Shown in pieces: positions 52,496 to 64,000 of a stretch of DNA of 64,000 nt. Both the position numbers and the translations under genes were made by a program. Position 1 is the first letter of the stretch. Every line of letters begins with the position of its first letter. Source of the stretch: an uncultured Verrucomicrobiae bacterium (GTDB taxonomy: Bacteria > Verrucomicrobiota > Verrucomicrobiia > Chthoniobacterales > UBA10450); contig CAWIBO010000003.1 in NCBI GenBank assembly GCA_963834385.1, positions 352,001 through 416,000 of the forward strand, given 5' to 3'. Under the pieces are notes generated by a model. That model ran no database searches. It saw only the letters and a program-made list of their open reading frames with translations, and was not told where the DNA came from.

Positions 52496-54214
52496 ATGGA
52501 GAAACCGCGGTTGAGCGACCGGGCGCAACGGCGTCTGCGGCAGAAACGTCGAACGCTTATCCTGGTCGCGTCCGGGTTGGTTTTCGTTCTTCTTCTCTTC
52601 ACGGCGCGTCCGGCCTATCGCTGGTTCAAGGAACGGCGAGCCAACCAGTTTGCGGCCCAGGCGGAGGAACTGGTGGCTGAGGGAAAAATGGCCGAGGCCG
52701 CGGCAAAATACCGGGCGGCGCTGCAGCTGGACAAGCTGGGTTACCGCCCGCTCGCGGGGGCGGCCCGCCTGGCCACGCGTTTGAATCGTCCCGAAGCGGA
52801 GGGCCTCTGGCAGGAGGTGATGAAACTGCCGCAGCGCAGTCCGGCTGACCGGCAGGAATACATCTCGCTTTTGCTCCAGAAAAATCGGTTTCGCACCGCG
52901 GAAGACCAGCTCAAGCAACTCCTGCGGGTGCAAGCCGATGCCCGGGCCATGATGCTGGCCGCCCGCTACAAGCTGCGGGTGGGGGATGTGGCCAAGGCGA
53001 TCGAGTTTGGCCGGGCCGGTGTGCGGATGGAGCCAAAGAACGATGCTGTCCGTTTTCAACTGGCCGAAGCGCTGGCGTCGGCGACGGAACCGGCTTTGCG
53101 GGCCGAGGCGAGATCGATCTTGTGGGAAATGACCCAGCGTGAAGGCTCGTTCCGGGCCGCGGCGCTGGAAGGGCTGGCACAGGCCCCGGAGCTGACACAG
53201 GAGGAACGGCGCACGCTCCTGGGGACGTTCGAGGCGTTGAAGGATCCGACCGCGAACCAGGCGGTCTTCGCGGCGGAATTGCGGTTGCAGCTCAATCCCG
53301 GCGAATCGGAGCAGATCTACGACAAATTATCCGCGCGCCTGGGGCAGGGTGACGAGGGGGACCTGAACGAGCTGGCGCGCTGGCTGAACCTGCACAAGCA
53401 ATACGGCCGCGTGCTCAAGATGGTCCCGGAGGAAAAGGCGAAGAAGTCGAGCGACCTGATCCTTTCCCGGCTTGATGCTCTTGCCGGCCTGGAAAAGTGG
53501 GCGGAGATCGACACCATGCTGGGCAGCCCTGAGGTCAACCTGACCCCGGCCGTAATTGAAGCTTTTCGGGCCCGCGCCGCCCTTGGCCGGAACGACACCC
53601 TTAACGCCACGTTGCACTGGAACCGCGCGCTGAGCGCGAGTGGCGACGATCCCGAACGGCTGCGGCTGGTGGCCCATTTCGCCGAGCAGTCAGGCGCCAA
53701 TGAGATCGCCGCCCGGGCCTTTGAACAGCTTTCGCGCTCGCCAGAACACGCCGCCTTCGCCTTTCGCGGAATGCAGCGTCTGGCCGACAAACGGGGCGAT
53801 TCCGTCGCCCTCCGTTCCGTCAGCGACCGACTGGCCGAGGTGACACCGGAGGATGCGGATGCGCAGAACCAGGCGGCCTACATGAATCTCCTGCTGAAGA
53901 ATGACGTGGAAAAGAATGCCGCGGTGGCCCGCCGCCTGGTGGAGAAACACCCGACGCGGCTTGCTTTCCGGGTCACCGCCGCCCTGGGAGCCCTGCGCCA
54001 GCACAATGCCGCCGGGGCGCTCGCGCAATTCGAGGGTCCCGAGATCGAGTGGCGCCGGACGCCGCCGGCCTGGCGGGCGGTGTATGTCGCCGCGCTTCTG
54101 GCCAACGACCAATCGGCCAGGGCGGACTCCATCCGGCAGACGATTGACCCGGCCGGGTTGAAACCCGAGGAGCGGGCTCTGCTGGAGCGGGCGGCCGCCC
54201 CGGCGCAGGGTTAG
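52496..54214 (+). CDS. Membrane-anchored TPR-repeat protein
   Basis: Basic N-terminus, one TM, then Ala/Leu-rich TPR-like helices (AAAKYRAALQLD, AIEFGRAGVRMEP). Confidence 0.78.
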   Translation: MEKPRLSDRAQRRLRQKRRTLILVASGLVFVLLLFTARPAYRWFKERRANQFAAQAEELVAEGKMAEAAAKYRAALQLDKLGYRPLAGAARLATRLNRPEAEGLWQEVMKLPQRSPADRQEYISLLLQKNRFRTAEDQLKQLLRVQADARAMMLAARYKLRVGDVAKAIEFGRAGVRMEPKNDAVRFQLAEALASATEPALRAEARSILWEMTQREGSFRAAALEGLAQAPELTQEERRTLLGTFEALKDPTANQAVFAAELRLQLNPGESEQIYDKLSARLGQGDEGDLNELARWLNLHKQYGRVLKMVPEEKAKKSSDLILSRLDALAGLEKWAEIDTMLGSPEVNLTPAVIEAFRARAALGRNDTLNATLHWNRALSASGDDPERLRLVAHFAEQSGANEIAARAFEQLSRSPEHAAFAFRGMQRLADKRGDSVALRSVSDRLAEVTPEDADAQNQAAYMNLLLKNDVEKNAAVARRLVEKHPTRLAFRVTAALGALRQHNAAGALAQFEGPEIEWRRTPPAWRAVYVAALLANDQSARADSIRQTIDPAGLKPEERALLERAAAPAQG

Positions 54215-54215
54215 G

Positions 54216-54611
54216 CTAAAGCAGACTGGGACCGAAGGCGCCGGGCGCGCCTTTCTTCCAGCGCAACTCGGGATGCAGGTTGATCTCGCTTGCCGGCACG
54301 TTGAAGCCCGCGGCCCGCAGGAGGTAGGAAACGCCTTCCCGGCTTTCCATCGTCTCTTTCAGGCTGCGCGCGAACAGCTCGATGTATTCCTTGTAGGATT
54401 CCAGCTCGAGTTTGCCCTGCGCGAAATGCTCCGCCAGCGCCTCGTCGTGATAATCGATCAGGTCAAAGAGCGCCCGCCGCAATTTCATCCGCATCTCCGG
54501 GTCGACCACCAACTTGAACGGGGTGCCGGCCGGGTCGGGCAGAGAAAGGGTCTTGGTCTCCGGCAGCGGCTGGGCTGGGTTGATCAGCTGGTAATCGCGC
54601 GGCTCTGGCAT
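54216..54611 (-). CDS. Hypothetical protein
   Basis: 131-aa ORF with host-like codon bias, co-directional with hppA. Confidence 0.65.
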   Translation of the reverse strand: MPEPRDYQLINPAQPLPETKTLSLPDPAGTPFKLVVDPEMRMKLRRALFDLIDYHDEALAEHFAQGKLELESYKEYIELFARSLKETMESREGVSYLLRAAGFNVPASEINLHPELRWKKGAPGAFGPSLL

Positions 54612-54677
54612 GGAAAAGTTCTCCGGGCGGCCCGGGCTACGAGCGCGCTTCAGGGGGAGAATAACCGGTCGGTTCTT

Positions 54678-56770
54678 CTAGAAAAAGATCGGAATGATAA
54701 GAATGGCGACGATGTTGACCACCTTGATCATCGGGTTGATCGCGGGCCCGGCGGTGTCCTTGTAGGGATCGCCCACGGTGTCCCCGGTGACCGAGGCGGC
54801 ATGGGTGGCGGAGCCTTTCCCGCCCAGGTTGCCTTCCTCGATGTATTTCTTGGCGTTGTCCCAGGCGCCGCCGCTTGAGGTCATGGCGATGGCGACAAAC
54901 AACCCGGTCACGATCGTTCCCACGAGAAGCCCGCCGAGGACCACGGGCCCGAGCGGCTTGATCGCGGCCACGGCCAGGACAAAAGCCACCGGGAGCAGCG
55001 CCGGCACAATCATCTCGCGCAGCGCGGCCTTGGTCACGATATCGACGCAGGTGCCGTACTCCGGGGTGTCTTCGCCGCGCAGAATGCCCGGCTTGGCCTG
55101 GAGTTGCCGCCGCACTTCCACGACGACGGCGCCGGCGGCCTTGCCCACCGCGTCCATGCTGAAGGCGGTGAAGATGAAGGGAAGAAGACCACCGATAAAG
55201 AGGCCGATGATGACCTTCGGATCGCTCAGGGAGAAGGTGAGAAGCCGTTCCGCTTCGGCCAGGCCCATGCCATGGGCGATCAGGTGCGCCTTGAGGTCGA
55301 CTCGCGTAGGAACCGAATAGGACGAGGGCGGCGAGGCCGGCGGAGGCAATGGCGTAACCTTTGGTCACCGCCTTCATGGTGTTACCCACCGCATCCAGCT
55401 CATCGGTCGTGTCGCGCACTTCCTTGGGCAGGTTGCTCATCACGGCGATGCCGCCGGCGTTGTCGGTGATGGGTCCAAAGGCATCGAGCGAAATGATGAT
55501 GCCGGCCATGGAAAGCATGCTCATGACGGCGATGGCAATGCCGTAAAGCCCGGCAAAATGATACGACCCGAGAATGGCCGCGCCGATGAAGAGAACCGGA
55601 AGCGCGGTGGCATGATGACCGATGGCCAGGCCGGCAATGATGTTGGTGGCGTGCCCGGTCTGCGAAGCCTCGGCGATCTTCCGCACCGGCCGGTACTTGG
55701 TCGAAGTATAGTAATTGGTGATGACCACGACGATGCCGGTCATGAGCAGCCCGATCAGGGCCGCCAGGTAAAGGCCGCCGGGCGTCCGCAGGATGCCGTT
55801 GATGGCGACGCCGTCCGGGAAGAAAAGATAGGTGGCCGGGTAGAAGAGCACGGCCGAGACAATCCCGCTCGCGGCCACTGCGGTCATGAGGGTGGCCGTC
55901 GGTTTGCCGCCGGTCAGGTTCACGTAAAGGATGCCGCAGATTGCGCCCAGGACGGAAATGCCGCCGAGGACAAAGGGATAAACGACCGCGGCCGGGTTGC
56001 CCACGATGGTGAGCGCGCCCACCAGGATCGCGCCGATGAGACTGACCGCGTAGGTTTCAAACACGTCGGCGGCCATGCCGGCGCAGTCGCCCACGTTGTC
56101 GCCCACGTTGTCCGCGATCGTGGCCGGGTTGCGCGGATCGTCTTCATCGAGGTTGCTCTCGATCTTGCCCACCAGGTCGGCGCCGACATCGGCCGCCTTG
56201 GTGTAAATGCCGCCGCCGAGACGGGCAAAGACGCTGATCAGGCTGGAGCCGAGGGCGAGCCCGACCAGGCTGGTCGACAGCGGCTCCCGCCCCCACCATG
56301 CTGGTGGCGACGAGGTAAAAGGCGCCCACGGAAAGGAGGGCGAGGCCGACCACGAGCAGGCCGGTGACGGCGCCGCCGTTGAAGGCGACCCGGAGGGCGG
56401 CGGTGCGTGAGGTGATGGCCGCCTGGGTGGTGCGGACGTTGGCCAAAACGGCAATGCGCATGCCGATGTAGCCGGCCACGAGGGAGCAAAAGGCGCCGAT
56501 CAGAAAGCCGATGGCAGTGGCCTTGTCCTTGAAGATAAAGAGCAGGACGAAGATGACCGCGGCAATGGCGGAGATGGTGATGACCTGCCGGTTCAGGTAG
56601 GCCTTGGCCCCTTCCTGCACCGCTCCGGCGATCTCGCGCATGCGCTCGTTACCCGGCGACGCGCGCAGGATCGAAAGAATGAGAAAAACGGCGAAGCCGA
56701 GCCCGGCAACGGCGCAAAGCATGGCGAGCCAGATGCCAGAGCCAAGAATGTTAAGAGCGAAAAAAGTCAT
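54678..56770 (-). CDS. hppA: Membrane-bound ion-translocating pyrophosphatase (frameshifts near 56290 and 55310)
   Basis: [63 protein letters not shown]. Confidence 0.95.
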
Positions 56771-56993
56771 AGATTATCTCCCCGGTGCGGAAAGTGGCGG
56801 ACATTAGTCGGTTTTATCGCGCTGGCAACCGGTGAGTCCGTCCTTCCGGGTGCCAGCGACCGAAGCCGGGGAGGGGGCGGTCCGCTTTTGCGGGGGCGCG
56901 GTCATCTTATAATGCTGGCGGGCAGCGGCTTGCCCGGAAAGGGGGCGGGCCGAATTTGCGGGTTTTTTCGATGGGCCGCGCTAAGCTGGCGGC

Positions 56994-57521
56994 ATGAGAA
57001 GGCTGTCATTTTTTCTGTTCGCGTTGCTGAGCGCGCCGTTGCTGCCCGCCCAGGCGCCCAATCCGGCGGAACAAAAGGAGGCGATGCAGAAGCTCGACTT
57101 CATGATCGGCGAGTGGGAGGGCGAAGGCTGGATGGACCGAGGCGGCCAGCGCGCGACCTTCAAGGGGGGCGAGATCGTGCAGGCGAAGCTGAACGGCATC
57201 GCCCTGCTCGTGGAAGGGAAGTTCAAGGCCCCGGTGCAGGGGGAGGATCGGACGGTGCACGAGACGCTCGGGATCCTGACCTATGATCCGGCGAAAAAGA
57301 GCTACCGTTTCCGCACCCATCTGGCCATGGGAGCAAGCGGCGACCACGAGCTGACGCTGCTGGACGGCGGCTGGCGCTGGAGCCTCCAAGGTCCGCAGGG
57401 CCAGATGCGCTACACCATGAAGCTCAACGAAAAGGGGGAATGGTTCGAAATCGGGGAGCGTTCCACCGACGGCGAAAAATGGGAGCAGTTCTTCGAGATG
57501 ACGCTGCGCAAGAAGACGTAG
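56994..57521 (+). CDS. Secreted hypothetical protein (DUF1579-like beta-barrel)
   Basis: Signal; KLDFMIGEWEGEGW...STDGEKWEQFFEM. Confidence 0.7.
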   Translation: MRRLSFFLFALLSAPLLPAQAPNPAEQKEAMQKLDFMIGEWEGEGWMDRGGQRATFKGGEIVQAKLNGIALLVEGKFKAPVQGEDRTVHETLGILTYDPAKKSYRFRTHLAMGASGDHELTLLDGGWRWSLQGPQGQMRYTMKLNEKGEWFEIGERSTDGEKWEQFFEMTLRKKT

Positions 57522-57527
57522 CCCGGC

Positions 57528-58916
<1,389 letters not shown>

Positions 58917-59021
58917 CGGGTGAATGTGGCCGGTGCGCGCGTTCCGACAAGAAAAAGCGTCCTCGAAAAAAGGAAGGGCCCGATTTCACCTGCACAATCG
59001 TGATTTCGATTATTGTGTCTG

Positions 59022-60176
59022 GTGCACAGGATCATTCTTCCCCTCCTCTTTTTTTCTTTTCTCGCTCCGCTCGCGGCGGCCCCGGCGGAGTTCCGCGGCG
59101 CCTGGGTGGCGACCGTTCATAATATTGACTGGCCGTCGCGCCCCGGCCTCTCCGCGGGCGAACAAAAGGCGGAACTGCGGCGCCTGCTCGACCGCGCGGC
59201 CGGCCTCGGCCTGAACGCCATCCTGCTTCAGGTGCGCCCGGCCAGCGATGCCCTTTATGCCTCCGAGATCGAGCCCTGGTCGCAGTTCCTCACCGGGCGC
59301 CAGGGCGTCTCGCCCGGGTATGATCCGCTCGCCTTCGCCGTGGCCGAGGCGCATGCGCGCAACCTTGAACTGCACGCCTGGATCAACCCGTTCCGGGCCG
59401 CTTCCAACACCGCCACCCCGCTGGCCGCCAACCACGTGGCCAAAAAGCGCCCGCAGTGGGTGCGCCGTGTCGGCAAACAGCTCTGGATCGACCCGGGTGA
59501 ACCGGCTGCGCGCGAGTATGTGCTCGGCGTCGTGCGCGACATCGTCCGGCGCTACGACGTCGATGGGGTGCACATCGACGATTACTTTTATCCCTACCCG
59601 ACCAAGGGAAGTTCCACTTTCCCGGATTCCGCGAGCTGGGCCCGGCATGGAAAGGGCAGCGGCTTGAGCCGGGCCGACTGGCGCCGCGAGAACATCAACG
59701 ACTTCGTCCGCTCCCTTTACCGGACGGTGAAATCGACGCGCGCCTCCGCCCAGGTCGGGATCAGCCCATTTGGCATCTGGCGCCCGGGGGTGCCGGCCAC
59801 GACGACCGCCTCCCTCAGTGCGTTTGATCATCTCTACGCCGATTCGCGCAAATGGCTCGCGGAAGGGTGGTGCGATTACATGGCGCCGCAGCTTTACTGG
59901 GGCATCCAGCCGGCCAAGCAAAGTTTTCCGGTCCTGCTGCAATGGTGGCGGTCGCAAAGCCGGGGCCGGCCGGTCTGGCCCGGCATCGCCACCGAGCGCA
60001 TTGGGCGGGCCCGGCCCGCGCGCGAGATCATCAACCAGATCGCCCTGACCCGCGAAGGGACCGACACCCCGGGGCACATCCATTGGAGCATGAAAGCGCT
60101 TCTGCGGAACCAGGGAGGCATTTCCGAGATGCTCGCGGAAGGACCGTACCGCGAACGCGCGGCCGCGCCGAGGTAG
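59022..60176 (+). CDS. GHL10 (YddW/DigH-like) glycosyl hydrolase
   Basis: EFRGAWVATVHNIDWPS, QVRPASDA, LHAWINPFR, VHIDDYFYPYP, MAPQLYW. Confidence 0.9.
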   Translation: MHRIILPLLFFSFLAPLAAAPAEFRGAWVATVHNIDWPSRPGLSAGEQKAELRRLLDRAAGLGLNAILLQVRPASDALYASEIEPWSQFLTGRQGVSPGYDPLAFAVAEAHARNLELHAWINPFRAASNTATPLAANHVAKKRPQWVRRVGKQLWIDPGEPAAREYVLGVVRDIVRRYDVDGVHIDDYFYPYPTKGSSTFPDSASWARHGKGSGLSRADWRRENINDFVRSLYRTVKSTRASAQVGISPFGIWRPGVPATTTASLSAFDHLYADSRKWLAEGWCDYMAPQLYWGIQPAKQSFPVLLQWWRSQSRGRPVWPGIATERIGRARPAREIINQIALTREGTDTPGHIHWSMKALLRNQGGISEMLAEGPYRERAAAPR

Positions 60177-60203
60177 ACTTCGCGGTTGTCGCGAGCTCCG
60201 CGG

Positions 60204-61710
60204 TTACAGCTCGAAGAACGCCTTTGACCAGGCGAAGGAAGTTCGCGCTGTATTCGCGTGTCCGGCTGGCGCGTTCCGCCACCGGCATCGCTTCCAGGAC
60301 GATGCCTTCCGTCTCCAGCTTGCGGCGGGCCAGCAGGTCGCTCAACTGCGTGGCGCACTCGGGCGCCTCATGCAGGATTTTCGCCATGACCGGCTTGCTG
60401 ATCTCGAGCACTTCGCAATCCTCGGCGGCCCGGACGGTGGCCATGCGTGGCTGCCCCGTGAGCAGTGACATTTCGCCGAAGCAATCGCCGCTCTGCAGCA
60501 CGCCCACGCGGATAACGTTCCCCTCCCGCCGCACGGAGACGCTGGCGCTGCCGTTGATCATGACGAACATGGAGGAGCCTTCCGCGTTTTCCTCGATGAT
60601 CGGTTCGCCGCGTCCGTATTTTTTCAGGACGGAATCCTGCAGGAGATTGTGCAGGTTCTCCTCGCCCAGCGCCTGGAAAAGGGCGTCCTCGGTCAGGACA
60701 TCACGCGCTTTCTCGCGATGCCCGCGCTCGGCCGTTTCCCCGCGCCGTTCCACCTGCACGGTGCGGATGGGGAACGGAATCCGGATGTTGTTGCGGCGAA
60801 AGGCGTACCAGATGTTGGTCCGGAGTTCATCCGTGATTTCGTTGGAACGCGCATGCCCGGCGATGGCATATTTGACCTCGTAGATCATCGCGAAGTCGGC
60901 GAAATCGACCAGGAAGACTTTGGTTGGGGGTTCCGGGAGAATGTCTTCCACCCGGCGGGCGGCCCGCAGGATGACGTCCTTCACCCGGTTCGGCGGCTGA
61001 TTGTAATCGACTCCCACGCGGAGGCGCATCGAGTGCACCGGCGTCGGATAGTGCAGGTTGATGATGGTGGTTTTGACGATCTCGTTGTTGGGCACATCGA
61101 GATAGATGCCGTCCTTGGTGCGCAGCCGGGTGGAGCGCCAGTTGATTTCCATGACCTCGGCGTGGGTCTCCTCGATCCGCAGCCAGTCGCCCACCTTGTA
61201 AGGCTTGCTGATCTGGAGCGACATGCCGGCGATGATGCCGCCCAGCATGTTCTGCGCGGCCAGCGCGAAGATGATCGCGACCACGCCGGAACCGGCGAGC
61301 AATCCTTTCAGCTCGGCATCGGCTTTGTAGCCAAGGCTCAGGACCAGGAGAAGAACCACCAGGAAAAGGACAAGGGCCACGATCTCCCGCAGGAAACTCG
61401 GGATGGGCGTGCCGCGGACCCGTTCGAAATAATAGTCCCAAAGGAAGCGATTCAGCAGGGCCACCACGACGAAGGTGCTGCTGAGAACGACCGCGGCGCC
61501 CACGTGGTCGCGGAAGCTGGATTCCAATCCCCAGGTCCAGAGCGCCGCGTAGAACGCCACCACGAAGCTGAAACAACGGAAAAGAAAACCGAGGCGAACG
61601 CCGGCCCGGCGTTTGAGCAATCGCCCGATCGTGATCAGGAGCGAGAAAGTGCCGAGGAAAACCGCGGCCGTGACCAGGGCGCGATGTGATTCCAGGAGAT
61701 TCTCGAACAT
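60204..61710 (-). CDS. MscS mechanosensitive channel with C-terminal cNMP-binding domain
   Basis: PYKVGDW, INWRST, IPFP; GDCFGEMSLLTGQPRMATV. True end likely LVKAFFEL* at 60204 (one extra A extends the listed ORF to 60031). Confidence 0.88.
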
Positions 61711-61770
61711 GACCGTGCTCAGGTTAGCAGCCGGGGGAAGGGAACGGAAGTCTCCGCCCGGTCCCTTTGC

Positions 61771-62112
61771 TCACGGGCGTCCGTGCCAGGCCAGCCAGGC
61801 CCAGCCGGCCAGAAAACAGAGCCCGCCCAGCGGCGTGACGGCCCCCAGCCAGCGGACGTTGCTCAGGCCCATGAGATAAAGGCTGCCGCTGAAAAGCACG
61901 ATGCCGGCGACGAAGAGCCAGCCCGCGCCCTTCGGCAACTGGGGAAAAAGACTCACGGCCAGGAGCGCGAGCGCATGGACGAAATGATAAAGGACCGCCT
62001 TCTCCCAGGCGCCGGTCATTCCGCGCTCCTGCAGCATCAGCTTGAGCCCGTGCGCGCCGAAGGCCCCAAGGGCCACGGCCAGAAAAGCCAGAACGGCGGC
62101 GAGACGAAACAT
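61771..62112 (-). CDS. DUF423 (YgdD/TMEM256) membrane protein
   Basis: LGAFGAHGL, FSGSLY, VTPLGG. Confidence 0.9.
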   Translation of the reverse strand: MFRLAAVLAFLAVALGAFGAHGLKLMLQERGMTGAWEKAVLYHFVHALALLAVSLFPQLPKGAGWLFVAGIVLFSGSLYLMGLSNVRWLGAVTPLGGLCFLAGWAWLAWHGRP

Positions 62113-62257
62113 GCGTGCCGTGACGAAACAGGATCAGACGGTGCAGAGCAAGAACTCAAAGTGGGGCGCCATCCGCGTGACGCTCTTTCGCCCCGGGGCG
62201 GCCTCAGCTTCTCCGTGATCGGCATCGACATCCGGGGACATCTCTCGTTCCCTTTCG

Positions 62258-62662
62258 TTGATGGAATTGGCGGTCGAGCGATTCTTGGCGTTGTCACTGC
62301 TTGTGACCGGCCTTTCGCATGCGTTGCAGCCGCGCGCCTGGATCGAGTTGTTTATCCGTCTGCGCGGCCTGGGCGACGGCGGCATTCTCCTTGTCGCGCT
62401 CATGCATCTCCCGTTCGGGCTTTTGATCGTGACCTTTCACAACGTCTGGCACGGGCCCGGGACGGTGGTCACTCTTCTCGGCTGGGGTTTGACGCTTAAA
62501 GGTTCTCTCTACTTCTTTTTTCCGGCGGTGGGCCGGTGGGGGCTGCGCCGCGTCGCTCCCGGGCGTGCCTTCGAATTCATTCTGGCCGGCCTGGCGGCCA
62601 CGGCGCTTGCGGTCTTTATCGCGTGGCACGCTTCCCCGGCGCGCCAGCCGTTCACCCCATAA
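62258..62662 (+). CDS. Hypothetical membrane protein
   Basis: Four hydrophobic segments; HNVW, TLLGW..LKG. Confidence 0.65.
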   Translation: MMELAVERFLALSLLVTGLSHALQPRAWIELFIRLRGLGDGGILLVALMHLPFGLLIVTFHNVWHGPGTVVTLLGWGLTLKGSLYFFFPAVGRWGLRRVAPGRAFEFILAGLAATALAVFIAWHASPARQPFTP

Positions 62663-62810
62663 ACCGCCGCACCAGCCAGATCAGGCCGAGAATAATCGCG
62701 GCAATCCAGAGCAGATGAAGCGCGAGCGAGGTCAGGGCCAGGACCACCCGGGCCACGATCCAGATCACGACGAGGACCACGGCCAGCCAGATCAAGGTGT
62801 GCGGGTTCAT
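62652..62810 (-). CDS. Small two-TM membrane protein (lmo0937-like), 52 aa
   Basis: Translated by hand: MNPHTLIWLAVVLVVIWIVARVVLALTSLALHLLWIAAIILGLIWLVRRFMG; purine-rich leader. Confidence 0.72.
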   Translation of the reverse strand: MNPHTLIWLAVVLVVIWIVARVVLALTSLALHLLWIAAIILGLIWLVRRFMG

Positions 62811-62840
62811 CCCTTCTTCTCGCAAAACCGCGGCAGGGCG

Positions 62841-63999
62841 TCAATTTTCGGGCTGGTCCGCCCGGCGCACCACTTCCACGAAACGCGCCAGGCGTTCGTC
62901 GTTCCCGGCGCGCGCCGGCAGCCAGGCGAGGAGATCAGCCAGCGCGCCCGGCTCCATCGGCTCTTCCGCGCGCAGGAGAAGACCGAAGCGCGCCGCGGCC
63001 GCGGCCAGCCGCAGATCGGCGGAGGCCTTGTCGAACTCCGGTCCGGGGCCCGCCAGCGCCTGTTCCATCGAGGCGACGAGTCCGCGGGCCGTGCGGTAGC
63101 TCAGATGAAATTGCAAGAGCGGCCCGGTTGCGGCGGTGGCGCCGCGGAGCGGCCGGATCTGATAAAGCACGGTCAGCCGGAAGCCGGCAGGAACCGTGGG
63201 TGCTTCCCCCGGCCCCTCGTCCCGATCGTAACCGAGCAGGCGATACGATTCCACCTGTGCCGGATTGAACCGGACCTCGGCCGCCACCACCGGAAGCGCC
63301 GGCGCGGATTCACCGGTCTTGAGCGCAACGCGCACCAGCTGGTCGCCCGGTTCCCACGGACAATGCGCCGCTTCAAGAATCAGCCCAAGCGGCTGATCCG
63401 GCTCCGGCTCCGGGTAGTCGTAGGCGAAGTAATTGATCAACCCCTCGACCGCGATCTCTGCCGCCGCCGGGCGGCGCCCGGCCAGGATCTCGTTCTCGAT
63501 GCGGGCGAAAGCTTCCGGCACTGGGCGGAGAGGAAGCGCGGCGACCGGAGCCTTGCGTGTGGAAACGAATCCGCGCTGAGCAGCCGACCCGGGAGCTGGT
63601 TCCTCCATGGTCGCATCGACGATAAACGATTCCTCCGCGGCTGGGGGTGGCGGAGCGGGCGGGTTGGTTGCCAGATCGGGGGAATCTGATTGGAGAATCG
63701 ACGACGCCGGCCACCACCGCGGCGGCGATGACCGCGGCCGCGACCGCCGAAACAGGCCAGAACGAGTCGCGCCAGAAAACGCGCCCGTAAGGGTCGGGCA
63801 AAATCGAGTGGTCCGCGGTCGTGTCGGGCTGGTCCGCCTGGGCGAACGATTTCTCCACCTGCCGGGCCAGAGCGCGGATTTCGTTCACATAAGCCTGCGC
63901 CTCGGGCGAGGCCGCGACCCGGGCGGCCATGCGGGCACGTTCGGGCTCCGGCAGTTCACCCAGGGCGAAGGCGGTCAGGTTGGGATCGTCGAGGTTCAT
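62841..63999 (-). CDS. Anti-sigma-like membrane protein with YfbK-type flanking domains (frameshifted near 63610-63700)
   Basis: DDPNLTAFALGEL..; TM; EGLINYFAYDYPEP; EVRFNPAQVESYRLLGYD; TVLYQI; AAAARFGLLLR. Confidence 0.75.
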
Positions 64000-64000
64000 G

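Noticed and set aside
51524..54214. 896-aa exosortase-TPR fusion
   Set aside because: Better explained by a frameshift near 52340: the exosortase ends at 52487 and the TPR gene has its own ATG at 52496.
60031..60203. Long overlap of MscS with the GHL10 gene
   Set aside because: Removing one A gives a natural LVKAFFEL* end at 60204.

Overview
A 64 kb high-GC bacterial window, most likely Verrucomicrobiota (Chthoniobacterales-like). This is inferred from two PEP-CTERM proteins, an exosortase, a TIGR02597-like protein and leaderless/SD-poor gene starts. It carries many single-base frameshifts that look like long-read consensus errors and are densest in the first 5.5 kb. Bases 1-23.7 kb are a starch/alpha-glucan utilisation locus made of two convergent gene runs. 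It holds a giant (>2400 aa, starting upstream of the window) modular GH57-containing protein, four GH13 enzymes, a split maltodextrin ABC transporter, a MalT-like MFS transporter and an unknown secreted protein, with no SusC/SusD. The two largest enzymes share an unannotated internal domain and a C-terminal D-rich + beta-sandwich tail that may be a sorting signal. Two intergenic repeat blocks stand out: GTAG/GGAG REP hairpins with compensatory changes plus 7- and 9-mer microsatellites (21.7-22.0 kb), and an 8-mer-period block at the 3' end of tRNA-Leu (27.55-28.0 kb). The rest is mostly housekeeping (rfbB, rfbD, guaA, aat, purS, purQ, bioD, tyrS, tadA, hppA, asnS, two tRNAs). It also includes two GT-C glycosyltransferases, an exosortase-EpsI/VPEMS-CTERM/TPR cassette and a YfbK-like anti-sigma protein lacking its VWA core. 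No CRISPR array, transposase, integrase or prophage was seen. Family calls come from motif recognition by eye, not database searches.
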